Of a stretch of 64,000 bases of DNA, positions 48,824 to 59,998 are shown piece after piece. The stretch covers positions 144,187 through 208,186 of the forward strand of contig NMRA01000494.1 of the NCBI GenBank assembly GCA_002633005.1, in the 5' to 3' direction. The first letter of the stretch is position 1. Each line of letters starts with the position of its first letter. This DNA is from Phoronis australis. Lineage: Eukaryota > Animalia > Phoronida. The notes below the pieces were generated by a model that worked only from the letters and a program-made list of their open reading frames with translations, ran no database searches and was not told where the DNA came from. A program made the translations under genes and the position numbers.

Positions 48824-50138
48824 TTTCAGCTTACAACACACTAAACAATCCCTAAATCCAACGTAGTTGAGCTCTTTACTGACCTATCTTGCCGCAGAAT
48901 ACTCGCCGATGGAAAGTGGTGGCGACAATTGTTGAAAAACAGCACAAAACAAAAGTAGAATAGAACAGATTCGCACGGTAAAGTCAACGCAAAACCAAGT
49001 GGCGGGAAACGCTTGCCTCCTAAAACGTCACTTCCGGAGTAGCGGACGACTAATCTATAAAAGTATGAAAAGCTGTAATTAAGTGGAAAATATGTCTAGG
49101 ATAACCAACCAACCTTATTTTAGCTCAAAATGACATGGAAAAAGGTTGCCTTCGCCTTTAACAGCTGCTGTTTGACATGGGTGATCCAGTTTTCCCATGA
49201 TATTATTCATACGGGATGTGAGAACTTTTGTATGTATTACAAAACATGTATTCAATAGAGATATTGGACGCCAATTATCCAAGGACTGGAGCTCGAACTC
49301 ATATTTTGACTTGAGTAGAAGCGTTATTGGTCCTTGCCTCTGTGACGTAGATAATTCCCCCACTGAAAAACTTTATTCAAAAGCTTCAAGTAAGGAGTTT
49401 TTAACTTCATGCCAGAAACATTTATAAAATTCGTATGTTAGCCCGTCATTTCCTCGAGACTTGTTATTTTTACAAGTTTTTAAAACTTCATAAAATTCTC
49501 CCTCTCTTAAAGGTCCACCCAGTTTTTCAAAATCACTGGATGGTACATCTCTGGCGATATCAAGAAGATCTGGTATAGTGGATGGTGTTTCCATTTGACG
49601 ATCTGTGAAAGCAAAGGACTCATAATGAGTCAATTCTGACTTGATTTCAGCATGATCTGTTATTAAGTGGCAATATTTATTTTTAAGGATATTGACACTT
49701 TTTAAAAATTTCTTTTCTCCAATCAGGCAAAAACGTTTGGGCTACCCTCTCCTTTTCAATTAACTGGGCTTTACTTCTTAACATTTATTCACGTACTCTA
49801 TGACTTTGTATACGTTGCAAATTGGACTTGACTCTTTCCAAATTCTGTACAATTCCATCATCAATTCTACCATCATTTGGTTCTCCTGTCAAGTTGTTGA
49901 TGGTTTCAATCAATTTCTCTGCCACAACATTTTCCATTTTTTCTTTTCGAATATCTTATTGTATGTTCCTTTATTTTCATTTTAACCATTTCCCATTTAG
50001 TATGTTTATTACTTAGATAAACATACTCTTCAACACAGCTATTTATAATCATTTTTAAGTTAGTTACATATTTTTCATCTTCGAAAACACTATTATTAAT
50101 TTTCCATAATTCAGGCCCTTTCGGTACAGAACCTTTAA

Positions 50139-51805
50139 AGTCCTTGTCTCACGCGTTGTTAACCCTTATTACATGGTTAGAAGATGTTATAAGGATCCAA
50201 GAAGTACCTACCCCATAACTAATACACGATCCGTACTCGAAAACAGTTTAAATGAACGCGCCACTCACGATTCGCACCCGAAGAAACACCGCCATTTTGA
50301 ACTTGCCGCGAACCCGGAAGTACAATTCATTCAGGAACCCAGGCCGAGAAAACGCCGTCAGTGCGACTGGAGCAGTGCCTGTACTGTTACCAGCCAGCAA
50401 ACGGGGATAAAAAAATCGACAGCGCGCCTTAATTTTGATAAAATCAAACTACGGACAATTTTATGGAATTTGCTGAAGAAATGTGGCGAATAAATTTTGA
50501 CAGAAATTATTTTGCCAGACTCGGGACCGCAGCCTATCGGACCCGGTGCGGATCGAGACCAGACACTGGCGAACGGTAAATGCATGCGGTTGCAAGCTGT
50601 TTTGTCGAAGTAAAATGGTCAAATGATAAATGCTGCATATATTCAAGGGTAGTTTCAGACACTTGCATGAAATTACGGGCTGGTTAGTCCTGTGTCACAC
50701 TGCCGCGGCAGACCTTAGTTAGCCTCAGTCACCAGCTACCAGTGAAGACTATAGTCAAAATACAGCTTGTTAGTAGGCCTAGACAGCTTTGCGCCAAGAC
50801 TACCCTTAGGCCTAACTGGTCGCTGGCCACAAACACAAAAAACACGAAAATTGAACAAAGTTTCTTTTTTGTAGCAACGTTTGTCAAAATGTATCAACGT
50901 TAAATCTTCACAAATTACAAAGTAGCCGATTGAACATGCCTTTCAGTTCAGCAAAAGTCGACATTGTAGGTGCCGCCAGAAATGAGACGAAGTCCAACGG
51001 GAATTGTGAGCACATTTATCACTTAATGAGTAACAACTGCGAGGCTGAAATTTGGTGAACACTGCTAAATCGTGCAGAATAGTAAGTAAAGATATGTCTA
51101 ACTAAATTTCACCGTAATTTGTTGGCGAAAACAATTTACACAAAGTTTTAAACTCGTAACTCATCCCGCTGTCCTCCAATATGGCCGACGCGATCCAAAC
51201 AAAGTGACCCAAATTTCGCCACAAAACTTGCAATAACTTTACAGTGCTTGCCCCGATTTTGATACTTTTTCGATTTTTACTGAGTAGAATGTACTACCTT
51301 TCCGATGATAGCAAAGTACTTTTTCAAAACGAGGAAAAAAATAAAACCGAAAAAAAATTGGTTCGACCCATATTGGTTCCTAGGTTCGACCGGCCTACGT
51401 AAGGAACTAAACACCAATGCTATTTTAACATACTAAGTACGCGTAACATTCCAAAAAAATTAACGACCACTAACTACAAACTATAAATACACTACATATG
51501 CAAACGAATCACTATATATTACTAATAAAACAAAATAATGAAGACTTTTCGAGCAAGCCATAGCACATTCAGTTACAAGGAAAAAATGGCAGCGTTCAGG
51601 ACAAGTTCCTGAACTGATGAGCCGGAAATGTGGGTACGGAAATAACGGGTAATCATACGCTCAGAGTGAAGGGTCAAATACTGTTAAAAAATCGCTTTTG
51701 GCAAGAAAGGCGAAAAGAATATAAAGAAAGGGTGTCGAAAATAAGAATTTATGTAGTAAGTATTTTCGGATACTGGAACCACATGGGCAGTTTGCAACAA
51801 GGACT
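50139..51805. mobile_element. Non-autonomous Kolobok-like element (1667 bp)
   Basis: TTAA at 50135-50138 and 51806-51809; TIR AGTCCTTGT/ACAAGGACT. Removing it restores the LINE endonuclease frame. Confidence 0.8.
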
Positions 51806-52435
51806 TTAAGTGAGCAATGAAGTTGACTACCGAGAGATCCGAAAAATTATAATCAGTTTCAATGAAATAATTGAGATGATTTCAAACCAACCAGTAGTCA
51901 ATTCTGCTTTGTAATCTGTAGGAACTTTGCTGAGTTATTGTTTGGGACACGTTCATGCAACAGGGCACAGGGTCCCACACGCGCGTGTTCAAATCACTCG
52001 GAAATAGTGTACGGGATACAAGTTAACCGAAGAGCGGACCTGAAGTTGAATCAATATAGCGATAACACATTCCCGAACGATCAAAGCGAAGCCTACTGGG
52101 AATGGAAGGCGTAATAAACTTTCATATCTTTTTTGCTGTTACCACAACATTGTGAGATGAAAAAGTGTAACAATGTACACACTTCTGATGAAGTAGACAG
52201 CGGCAGCCTCGAACGAGTAACGCGCCCCACCCCACATTCACGCCGCGAAGTTTCCCAAGTATACGTAGCACAAGTAAACTAAATTTGTCGTATTGGCGGA
52301 AGAAGCGTGGCACTGTATTATAATCGCATGAGGGCCACAGACGAAACAAAAAGCGGTCAATAGTGACTAGTCGATAAAAGTACAGTGTTGCCTGTTAGGC
52401 TGGTCAAGCATGAGTGACACGTCGAACATCGAGAG

Positions 52436-52590
52436 AAGTGTGCTTTTTATCACCCTGAAAACATCAGCGAGAGGAACAGTGCTTGTTTTCACATCGAAAA
52501 CATCAGCTAGATAAAGGGTGCTTGTTTTACATTGAAAATATCAGACATAGAAGTGGTGCTTGTTTTCACTTTGAAAATATCAGCTGGCGG
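52436..52590 (+). repeat. Minisatellite, about four 38-42-bp units (GTGCTTGTTTTCAC...GAAAACATCAGC)
   Basis: Read directly from the sequence. Confidence 0.75.
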
Positions 52591-55500
52591 TAAATGATGG
52601 CGAGCTTACACATCTACACTGTACTTCGATTCGCGCGCTGGTTGCCATGTTGGCCATGGCACCAGAGACGTAATTTGCTTGCTTAACGTTTACCAATTTT
52701 GCGAACGATATGCAGTTTGCAAATGTAAGAGGTTTTTCTGTGTAATGGTGATATATGTACGTGTATATATATGTTATTTTTTAAGAAGGTATTTCTTCAA
52801 CAATACACAGGACATACCAAGAAATAATAACAAACCCAGAAATTGAGAAAGATTATATCTAGATTAAACACAATTCAAAGACGAAAGTAATATACATAAA
52901 ACTATATACATGTAAGTAGTACATAATATAATTATTTCAATATTTAGATATGCTTTACGAACATATTAAAACAAAAACCTGTGTAGATACACGCATGGAA
53001 ATCAGAAGCAGCACTACTTATAAGCGATGCATAACAATTTTCTAAGGTTGAGAAGAAGGTCAAAGTTAGGAGTACCATTCAATAATAATGTAACTTTAGT
53101 AGAGATCTTATTCCAAGAATTAGGAGCTTTTACAATGATTGGTTTTTATCAAGTGCACGAAATATTGAGTCTCTCAGGTAGTCAATGAGGGTATACTTGA
53201 AGAAAACACGAAAATAAGATTGATAGTCACGTTTATAGTTTGGAGAGACATTACTTAAGTTGTGCCAATACTTGTTGGAGTTGAAGAAAAGACCGCATCT
53301 TGATCTGTACAATACTATTGCATTTTCGCGGGAAGGGGAATTGAGTCAGGGCTGTTAAGTTATCAAACTTATGAAAAACTGTTCTAAAATTATTTTTATA
53401 CTCATAAAAGTGTTGTTTCCTTAACAGATACTGGAATAGAATTCCAATAGATGATGCACGTCGTTATTCACGGTGAATATAGTTGCAGAACAGTTTCAGC
53501 GACTACATAGTAAATACGGTACTTATCTAATATGTTGGTCATTAAATACAGTACATTGAATGTCTAGTCACCAGTGGATGTTTGTCTTTTTAGAAATAAA
53601 ACACTGGATTGCCGCGAGTGTTTGACTCTAGGGTGGTAAGCGTGAGGAACAGCAACCTTTCCTATGAGATCTGGAAAAAGGGTATTCCAATTGGTCTACT
53701 TTTCGGTTGTGATACAATAAAATTGTATTGAAAGAAATGTGGGAGTCGGTTATGTAGAAATGCGTTATCTACCCTAGTTTCACGCATGATATATTTAAAC
53801 AATGTATACAAGCAGAGGTATTGACGATGCAGGTTTTGGACCAAATTAGCACAATTGCTAAGTTAAACATGGTACTTACATATACATTTATTCAGGAGTC
53901 CAACATTCCGATGAAGTTTAATTCATCCCCATATTGAGAAGCCAAAACTTAAATGAGTGTGGATCATGGAATAGTAAACCATTGTCTGTTCTAATAAAGA
54001 CTATATTTCCGGAGATAACTAAGTACCGCAAAGCGTTGTGCAATTACATTTGTTTTATCTGTGGAACATTTAGGATTAGAGGCCGCGGTGGATTCATAAC
54101 TCGTCTACATGAGAATAAGAAGGCTGCTATCGTGACGTTTGTTCCAAATATCGAACGTGCGCCGTTGTTAAATATCTGCTTGACGTTTCCTGCTTCTCAA
54201 TGGCTGTACATTTATGCTTTTGTTCAAGAACAAGAACCAATGCAACAACTAAAATAAACCTTTGACTTGACCGAACAAAGAAAACTTGGAATGACACCCA
54301 AATCGTAACTGAACCAGTTAGCAAGGACAGGAGCCATCACAGGCATGGAAACACTGACTATTGGGACCCTGTGCCCGTTTGCATGAAACAGTCCCAAATA
54401 GGGACTCAACTAAGATACCCTAAATCTATTGCGTATTTGTGGAATTGTTAAAACACCAATTGCCCTTTCTTCTGCTGTTTTAGTTTCATTACTTAGTCAA
54501 CGTTTGGCTTTGATACAAATCGAGAGCGAACTCAACTTCGAATTTTCAATATCAATGAAAATATTCAGGGAACTTTTCATGTAACGCTCCTAAATTAAGG
54601 GCTAAGTCCCTATTGATTTTCATTTAATTCAGAGCTCTGTTTATGGTTACTTTATTAGACATTGTCACAATTCGATGAGGAGGTAATAGTTAAGATGAAA
54701 TGATAGGAAAAGATTACATTTGTTCGTAAACAAAGACTCAGATAGTCAAAAGATTTAAGGATTTTAGTAGTAAAAGTCTCTATTTCGGACTGTTTCACGC
54801 AACCCGGCACAGGACTTTTGAGACCGTGTAACTTCTGGACTGCACAACACAAAGATATGGGATCATGGAGCATGGGAAGCAAGTGTGACGTAACTTGAAT
54901 ATTTTGTACAGGGAACATCAATTGGGAGATATGCAGGTGAGACGAATGTGGGTACCGAAACACAATGTCATGTGCTACACAAGACTAGGAAATATAACTT
55001 GTTAAAATCAATTGGAACAAACAAATATTGTTCTCAAAACTCAATTAAAAATGCATTTTACACATATGATTGGAAATGTTTTACAACTGTGGCTAGTTTG
55101 TATGTTATAGAAGATTAGTTGTGGTGATATCGTATAACTACATATCCCTGGCAGCTTCAGAACTAAATGTATGAAAAGGTCAAACGTGTATGCAAATTAT
55201 TTGGAAATATTTAAAAGGAGAGCATACATGTACGTCAGTGACAGATATACAATTATATATGAAATTGAATAATATGTGAATGTTTACATTGTGAGGAAAA
55301 TTTAAGAAACATGCGATATATAAATCATCATGATCAAATCAATTTTGTAGACTTTTGCTTTTAAGGCAGCAGAAAGTTTAACCCTCAAAATATCTCAAGG
55401 AATTGTTGTTGTAAAACCAACAACCAGTAACTTATTAAAGGTTAAATTAAAAAAAAATATTCGCTGATCTTGTAAACTTTTGTCACTGATCAAGTAAGCT

Positions 55501-55638
55501 GGAAACTTTCCGTACTACAGCTTTCATTTCTTCATTTTTTCGTAAATTATTGAATATGACATTGCGCTAGGAGCTGGAGGTTGATGAAAAACAAAGCGCC
55601 ACCTGTTGCTAAGTGATATCACTGTATGGGAGAATAAA

Positions 55639-56510
55639 TATAGATTATTACATTGCGAAGTCGTTATCCCCCGTTATCTAGAACCCGAGTGGATTTTGGA
55701 GAATTATCGCCCGAGGGGCGTTAACCCCGAGGGTGAATATTCTCCAAAATCCACGAGGGCTCTAGATAAGGGGGATAACGGATGAGAACATGTAATAGTC
55801 TATTTATACCACATACTAAACGAGAAACATTGCAATGAATCGATTTATCTTTTCTGACTCTCCAAGGCTTTGTAAGTACTTTCTATGTCAGAGTCCCGGG
55901 GTCGGAGGTCGTGACCTTTTAAGAAAAGCCGGGCTACTTTTGTCAAATAATGGTTTTACTCAAAACCAATTGAAAACTTAAATATAATAGAAACAAACTG
56001 AATTCATAAATTAAGGTTTGCCAACTATTATAGCTTAAAACACGTTTTTTCACGCTAAGCTTCGACCTGGAAATTATTGTCTGCTAAATTAGGTTACCAC
56101 TGGTAACTGAATATAATTCTCAAGTCAAAGATCCTGACGACACGATACCCGCATTCAAACTGGAGATCGGTGATTTACAAGTAAGAGGACATGAGAGAAA
56201 AATTTCACTGAATTAAGATATCATTTTTATAGAAATTATGTGTCTTATTTTTCGAAGCGTATAAGTACAGTACAATACGGTTTGTTGAACGTGCGATTAT
56301 TGCGCGTGCTCATTTAAGTATTCTTTTTTCACTCTTGATGACGTCAGCCGCTGCGTGGTGTAGTGGTTAAGGTCGGCTACCAGCAAACTCAAGGTCCCGG
56401 GTTCGACTCCGTCCTCGGTTTCCCACCAAATCGTTATCTCACTAGTGAGATAACTTTAAGGGTTATTACACTGTTGTATCTGCCATTTGAGGCTAATATT
56501 GTGGTATAAA
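55639..56510 (+). mobile_element. CryptonV-like non-autonomous palindromic element, copy 2
   Basis: Terminal palindrome ~55645-55797 centred on CCCGAGGGGCGTTAACCCCGAGGG. Inverted pair TTTATACCACA (~55803) / TGTGGTATAAA (~56500). No TSD seen. Family assignment is from recalled CryptonV architecture. Confidence 0.7.
56348..56428 (+). pseudogene. tRNA-like (pseudo-tRNA or SINE-head) sequence inside the Crypton-like element
   Basis: A box TGGTGTAGTGGTTA and B box GGTTCGACTCC; acceptor and anticodon stems do not pair properly. Confidence 0.55.
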
Positions 56511-57266
56511 ATTTGTTTTTTTACCCAAACGTGGTGCACATCTTTTCAAAATCAAATGTTTTCAGATTTACCTAGCAACACATGAAAAATAAATAAAGTT
56601 GGTCCGCTGAGATGTATACATGTTCAAAAGACTACAGTACGGCCCATTTTCCCAATCGGTTGAGTTATGTTACATGATCATTGCCTACAGCAGTCACAGC
56701 CGACTTACTCGTTTTGATAATTTTCTTCATATGGCGAGCAATTGCATTGTTGGATGTACTATAATCAACGGAGAAAAATGTGACATCATCAGTGAAAACT
56801 TCTGCTCGGACGACGGTCAAATTTTGACGGACAATGCCTTGTTGAAACAATCAATCATCACATTCAATATTTATTAGGATACATAACATAAATGGTTCAC
56901 ATTGAAACAATCCAAGAAGGGTTACAATGTACACATTATTTCACTGCTGAATTAGTTTATTAGTAACATGCAGGAAAACGCTTCAAATTTATCACACAAA
57001 GCTGTTCAGTGCACAATGAAAGCCCGGGGAGAATGTCTTACTCGATTGTGATCGGTTGAGAACGTCAAATACAGATATAATGTAGCTTGGTCATTTGTCC
57101 ATATCTTCAGTATAAGAACCACAGTACCAAAGGGCTCGCTCAGCAGCTTACTGATGTTGAGGAAAAGCTGGGCGAAAGAGGAATTGTTTTGCGTTTAACG
57201 GTAAGTCATAATTAAAATACCAAATCAAAATTCATGTTATCTGGAAATCGGTTCAAGAAATCATAC

Positions 57267-57951
57267 TTGTGGAATTCCAAGGATTCCTGCTTGAAATCCC
57301 GAAAAGGTTCCATTGTCGATGTTGTCGGTGGTGAAAACAATACGTATTTGGATGGGTTTAGCTAATACAAAGTCCGTTTCCTTCAATCCTTCCTGGCCGC
57401 ACAGTCTTCTAGCCGACATGGACTTTTCTGCTGAATAACTGTAAAACACCAACTAAGGCTCTGTAACCTCATTTCATTAAGTTAAGGGTCAACAATAACG
57501 AGGCCTATGTACCTTACAGATGACGCAAATCTTTAATTAATATTCAATGAAGAGAGGAAGCACCAATTCTTGAATAGCTATGAAAGATAATGATTCTCAT
57601 TCATCATAGTGAATAGCCAATTTGTATACCAAATCTATCATTTAATTGGCAATGTAAAAATCGTGTAGAATAAATTCCGATAGATGTCAGGTTGCACTAG
57701 TCAATAGTTTCGTTACTATGTGTTCAACATGCATTTTGTATGTTTTAATGACAAAGATATTGCGGTTACAACTCGTGTAACTATACTTTTAGTCATACGG
57801 ACTTCCACCTCAAATCGGCTTGTCACTGACTAAAGCAATCCCAAATGTTCACATGAGGTATCCTTCGCTGTGTGCAACATATTGATTGAAGTATCCCAAA
57901 AAGACGGACAACTCTCCCAAATCACAGTGTGTAAGTGATTATTCGGTGTTA

Positions 57952-57995
<44 letters not shown>

Positions 57996-59958
57996 TATAC
58001 ATGTAGATATAGATATAGATATATACATACGTACACAGATATTGATAATTCCACTGATATGAATGACGGGGTTACCTGTAGACATCAACCATGTCGCTAC
58101 ATTGCCCAGCTGAGTCGCGTGGCGGGAGATCGAAATGGGTGAATTTGAGTCTCAGATATCCATCGCCGCCCACATGGCGTGCGTTCCATTCACACGAAAG
58201 GTTAGTTCCATACGAAAAAGGTCCGCCATAACCTGGTGATGTCGCCACAATTCCGTCTCCTGTCTGAATTTCGACGTTCAGGTTGGAACAGCGGGACGCT
58301 TCAAATAAGAATGTCCACGTGATGTCATGTTACCATAAAATTACACGTGAGTCAGATGTCTAAACATTAAGTTAAGGGACACGTGACTTCCTGTTACTAA
58401 AGCTAAAGCTAATGGGCATTTTGTTTTCGAAAAGCGACACAAGCGGTAAATTTGCATCATTGAAAATGTGACTGGGATTGTTTTCCGGACTGGATCGAAA
58501 TTTATGATGCAAGAAATTTTGATTTCGTATACAATATACCACCCCAGCTGAAAATATGTGAGCTCATAAAAAATTGTCAAGCTAGTTATACATGTATGTT
58601 TCAACAGATTTTATGACCAGCTAAAAGTAACAAACCGAACCATCATTAGTTAACAGTCAAGGCTCTTTTACGGGACTCAGAATGATTCTGTCATTTGATA
58701 TGTTTCAGTTATGCATATCATCGACTTGGTCGCTGTTCACTAAAGCTAATTACATGTATTAAGTTGATGTGACACGTGTGACCTGGCTGAGATTTTGTTT
58801 TTGTGTTGTGTTTTATCGCAACCTAATTCGGATGAACATCTCGCTAAAGAGCAAGCTCCGTCACCCATAACTTTCTGTTGCTCATGTCAACTTTACCCCT
58901 ACAAGTGTCTCCAAAGTGACTAGCCTATTGATTCCATCCTCTAAGTTGTACTACTTACATATCCGACAGTAGACCTACCTGCTGTGGTTACATTCACGCC
59001 ATCTGTTGGTGCAGGACTGGGCGTCAACGACGAAGTAGCTCCCGTAGTTGCAAGAGACGGGAACATGGAGGACGACACTGGCTTAATTACGTTAGTACCT
59101 GCACTCACGTCGTTCTTAGAAACTGGAGTGTGTGCGGTTGTCGTTTCAGGAAGCAGAGGAGAAGTGTTGTCTAGAAGATACATGTATGTAAAAAGCGGCG
59201 TGGGCTTCAAGGGATGATTTAAAATGGAAAGGAATCGTTTCATTGCATTTTTTTGTAAAATTTTCATTTGTCTGATCAATCTAGGAAAAATTTCGATTAA
59301 ATTCCCGATTGCTGATTAATCACAGGTACACATGCCTAACTCATTACGTGACAGTCGTCAATTTGTGTGTGATGATATTGTTATGGTTTTCTGTTGATTG
59401 ATTGCTTCTCTTCAAAAATTCCTTCGATGAGTATTCTCTTACTACTCGATGTTGAACTGGATTTCAGTTCACTGGGTTGATCTAGCATTGCTGAATTGGC
59501 AATGGACATCAAATGATTGAAATCTGCGACCAGAGAAACACGGGTAACGTACGTGGAGCTACTGAGTAGTGGATATTTCATGCCTTGGGCGCGGCAGCCG
59601 TCCACGCGCACGATTATTGGCCCTCAGTAACTACAACGTCTGCAGCTCACAACGCCTTGTGTTAGAAAAAAAAAACATTCCCAGGAAATTGCGACGCAAC
59701 AGAAAAGGCAAATACCGGCGTTGTGGCACCTTTCTTCAATTTTTTTCAGAAGGGAGCTTCATCTTGGCCCTATTCGTAATCGGAAGATAAGCAAAGATGA
59801 TCGGGAATGGTTTAAGGGCCGTTAACGTCAGTTCCGCAGTGACCAACGCAAAATCAATTAAAACACAGAGAATTCAATTAACATGAAAAGTATCAGAGTC
59901 AATCGCAATTTAACAATAATAACATTAACAATGGTTGGCTTCAATTTAAATAACGTAC

Positions 59959-59998
<40 letters not shown>

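Larger units (their letters stand above)
47467..49157. mobile_element. Kolobok DNA transposon, internally deleted (1691 bp)
   Basis: TTAA TSD at 47463-47466 and 49158-49161; AG...CT termini; ~150-bp TIRs (AGGCGAAGGCAACCTTTTTTCCATGTCATTTTGAGCTAAAATAAG...). Convergent THAP and KolX remnants. Confidence 0.9.
45640..51940 (-). mobile_element. L1/Tx1-clade LINE ORF2 remnant (APE C-terminus, RT, C-terminal Cys motif), interrupted by two Kolobok insertions
   Basis: SRIDYWLV...KGPELWKINNS is joined across the 50139-51805 insert. NNKSRGNDGLTYEFYK and NWRPISLLN follow. QTAAVK|GRYIGNIIRIIQDII is joined across the 47467-49157 insert. Then FLDFCKAHD, GVRQGDSLS, LQYAD and CVSCGSVETFNHMFVEC. Confidence 0.9.

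Noticed and set aside
52780-53900. Possible second decayed LINE 3' end on the minus strand
   Set aside because: Only faint ETVL-like traces; too degenerate to support.
56348-56428. Functional tRNA gene
   Set aside because: A and B boxes are present but the acceptor and anticodon stems do not pair, and the second copy is further decayed.
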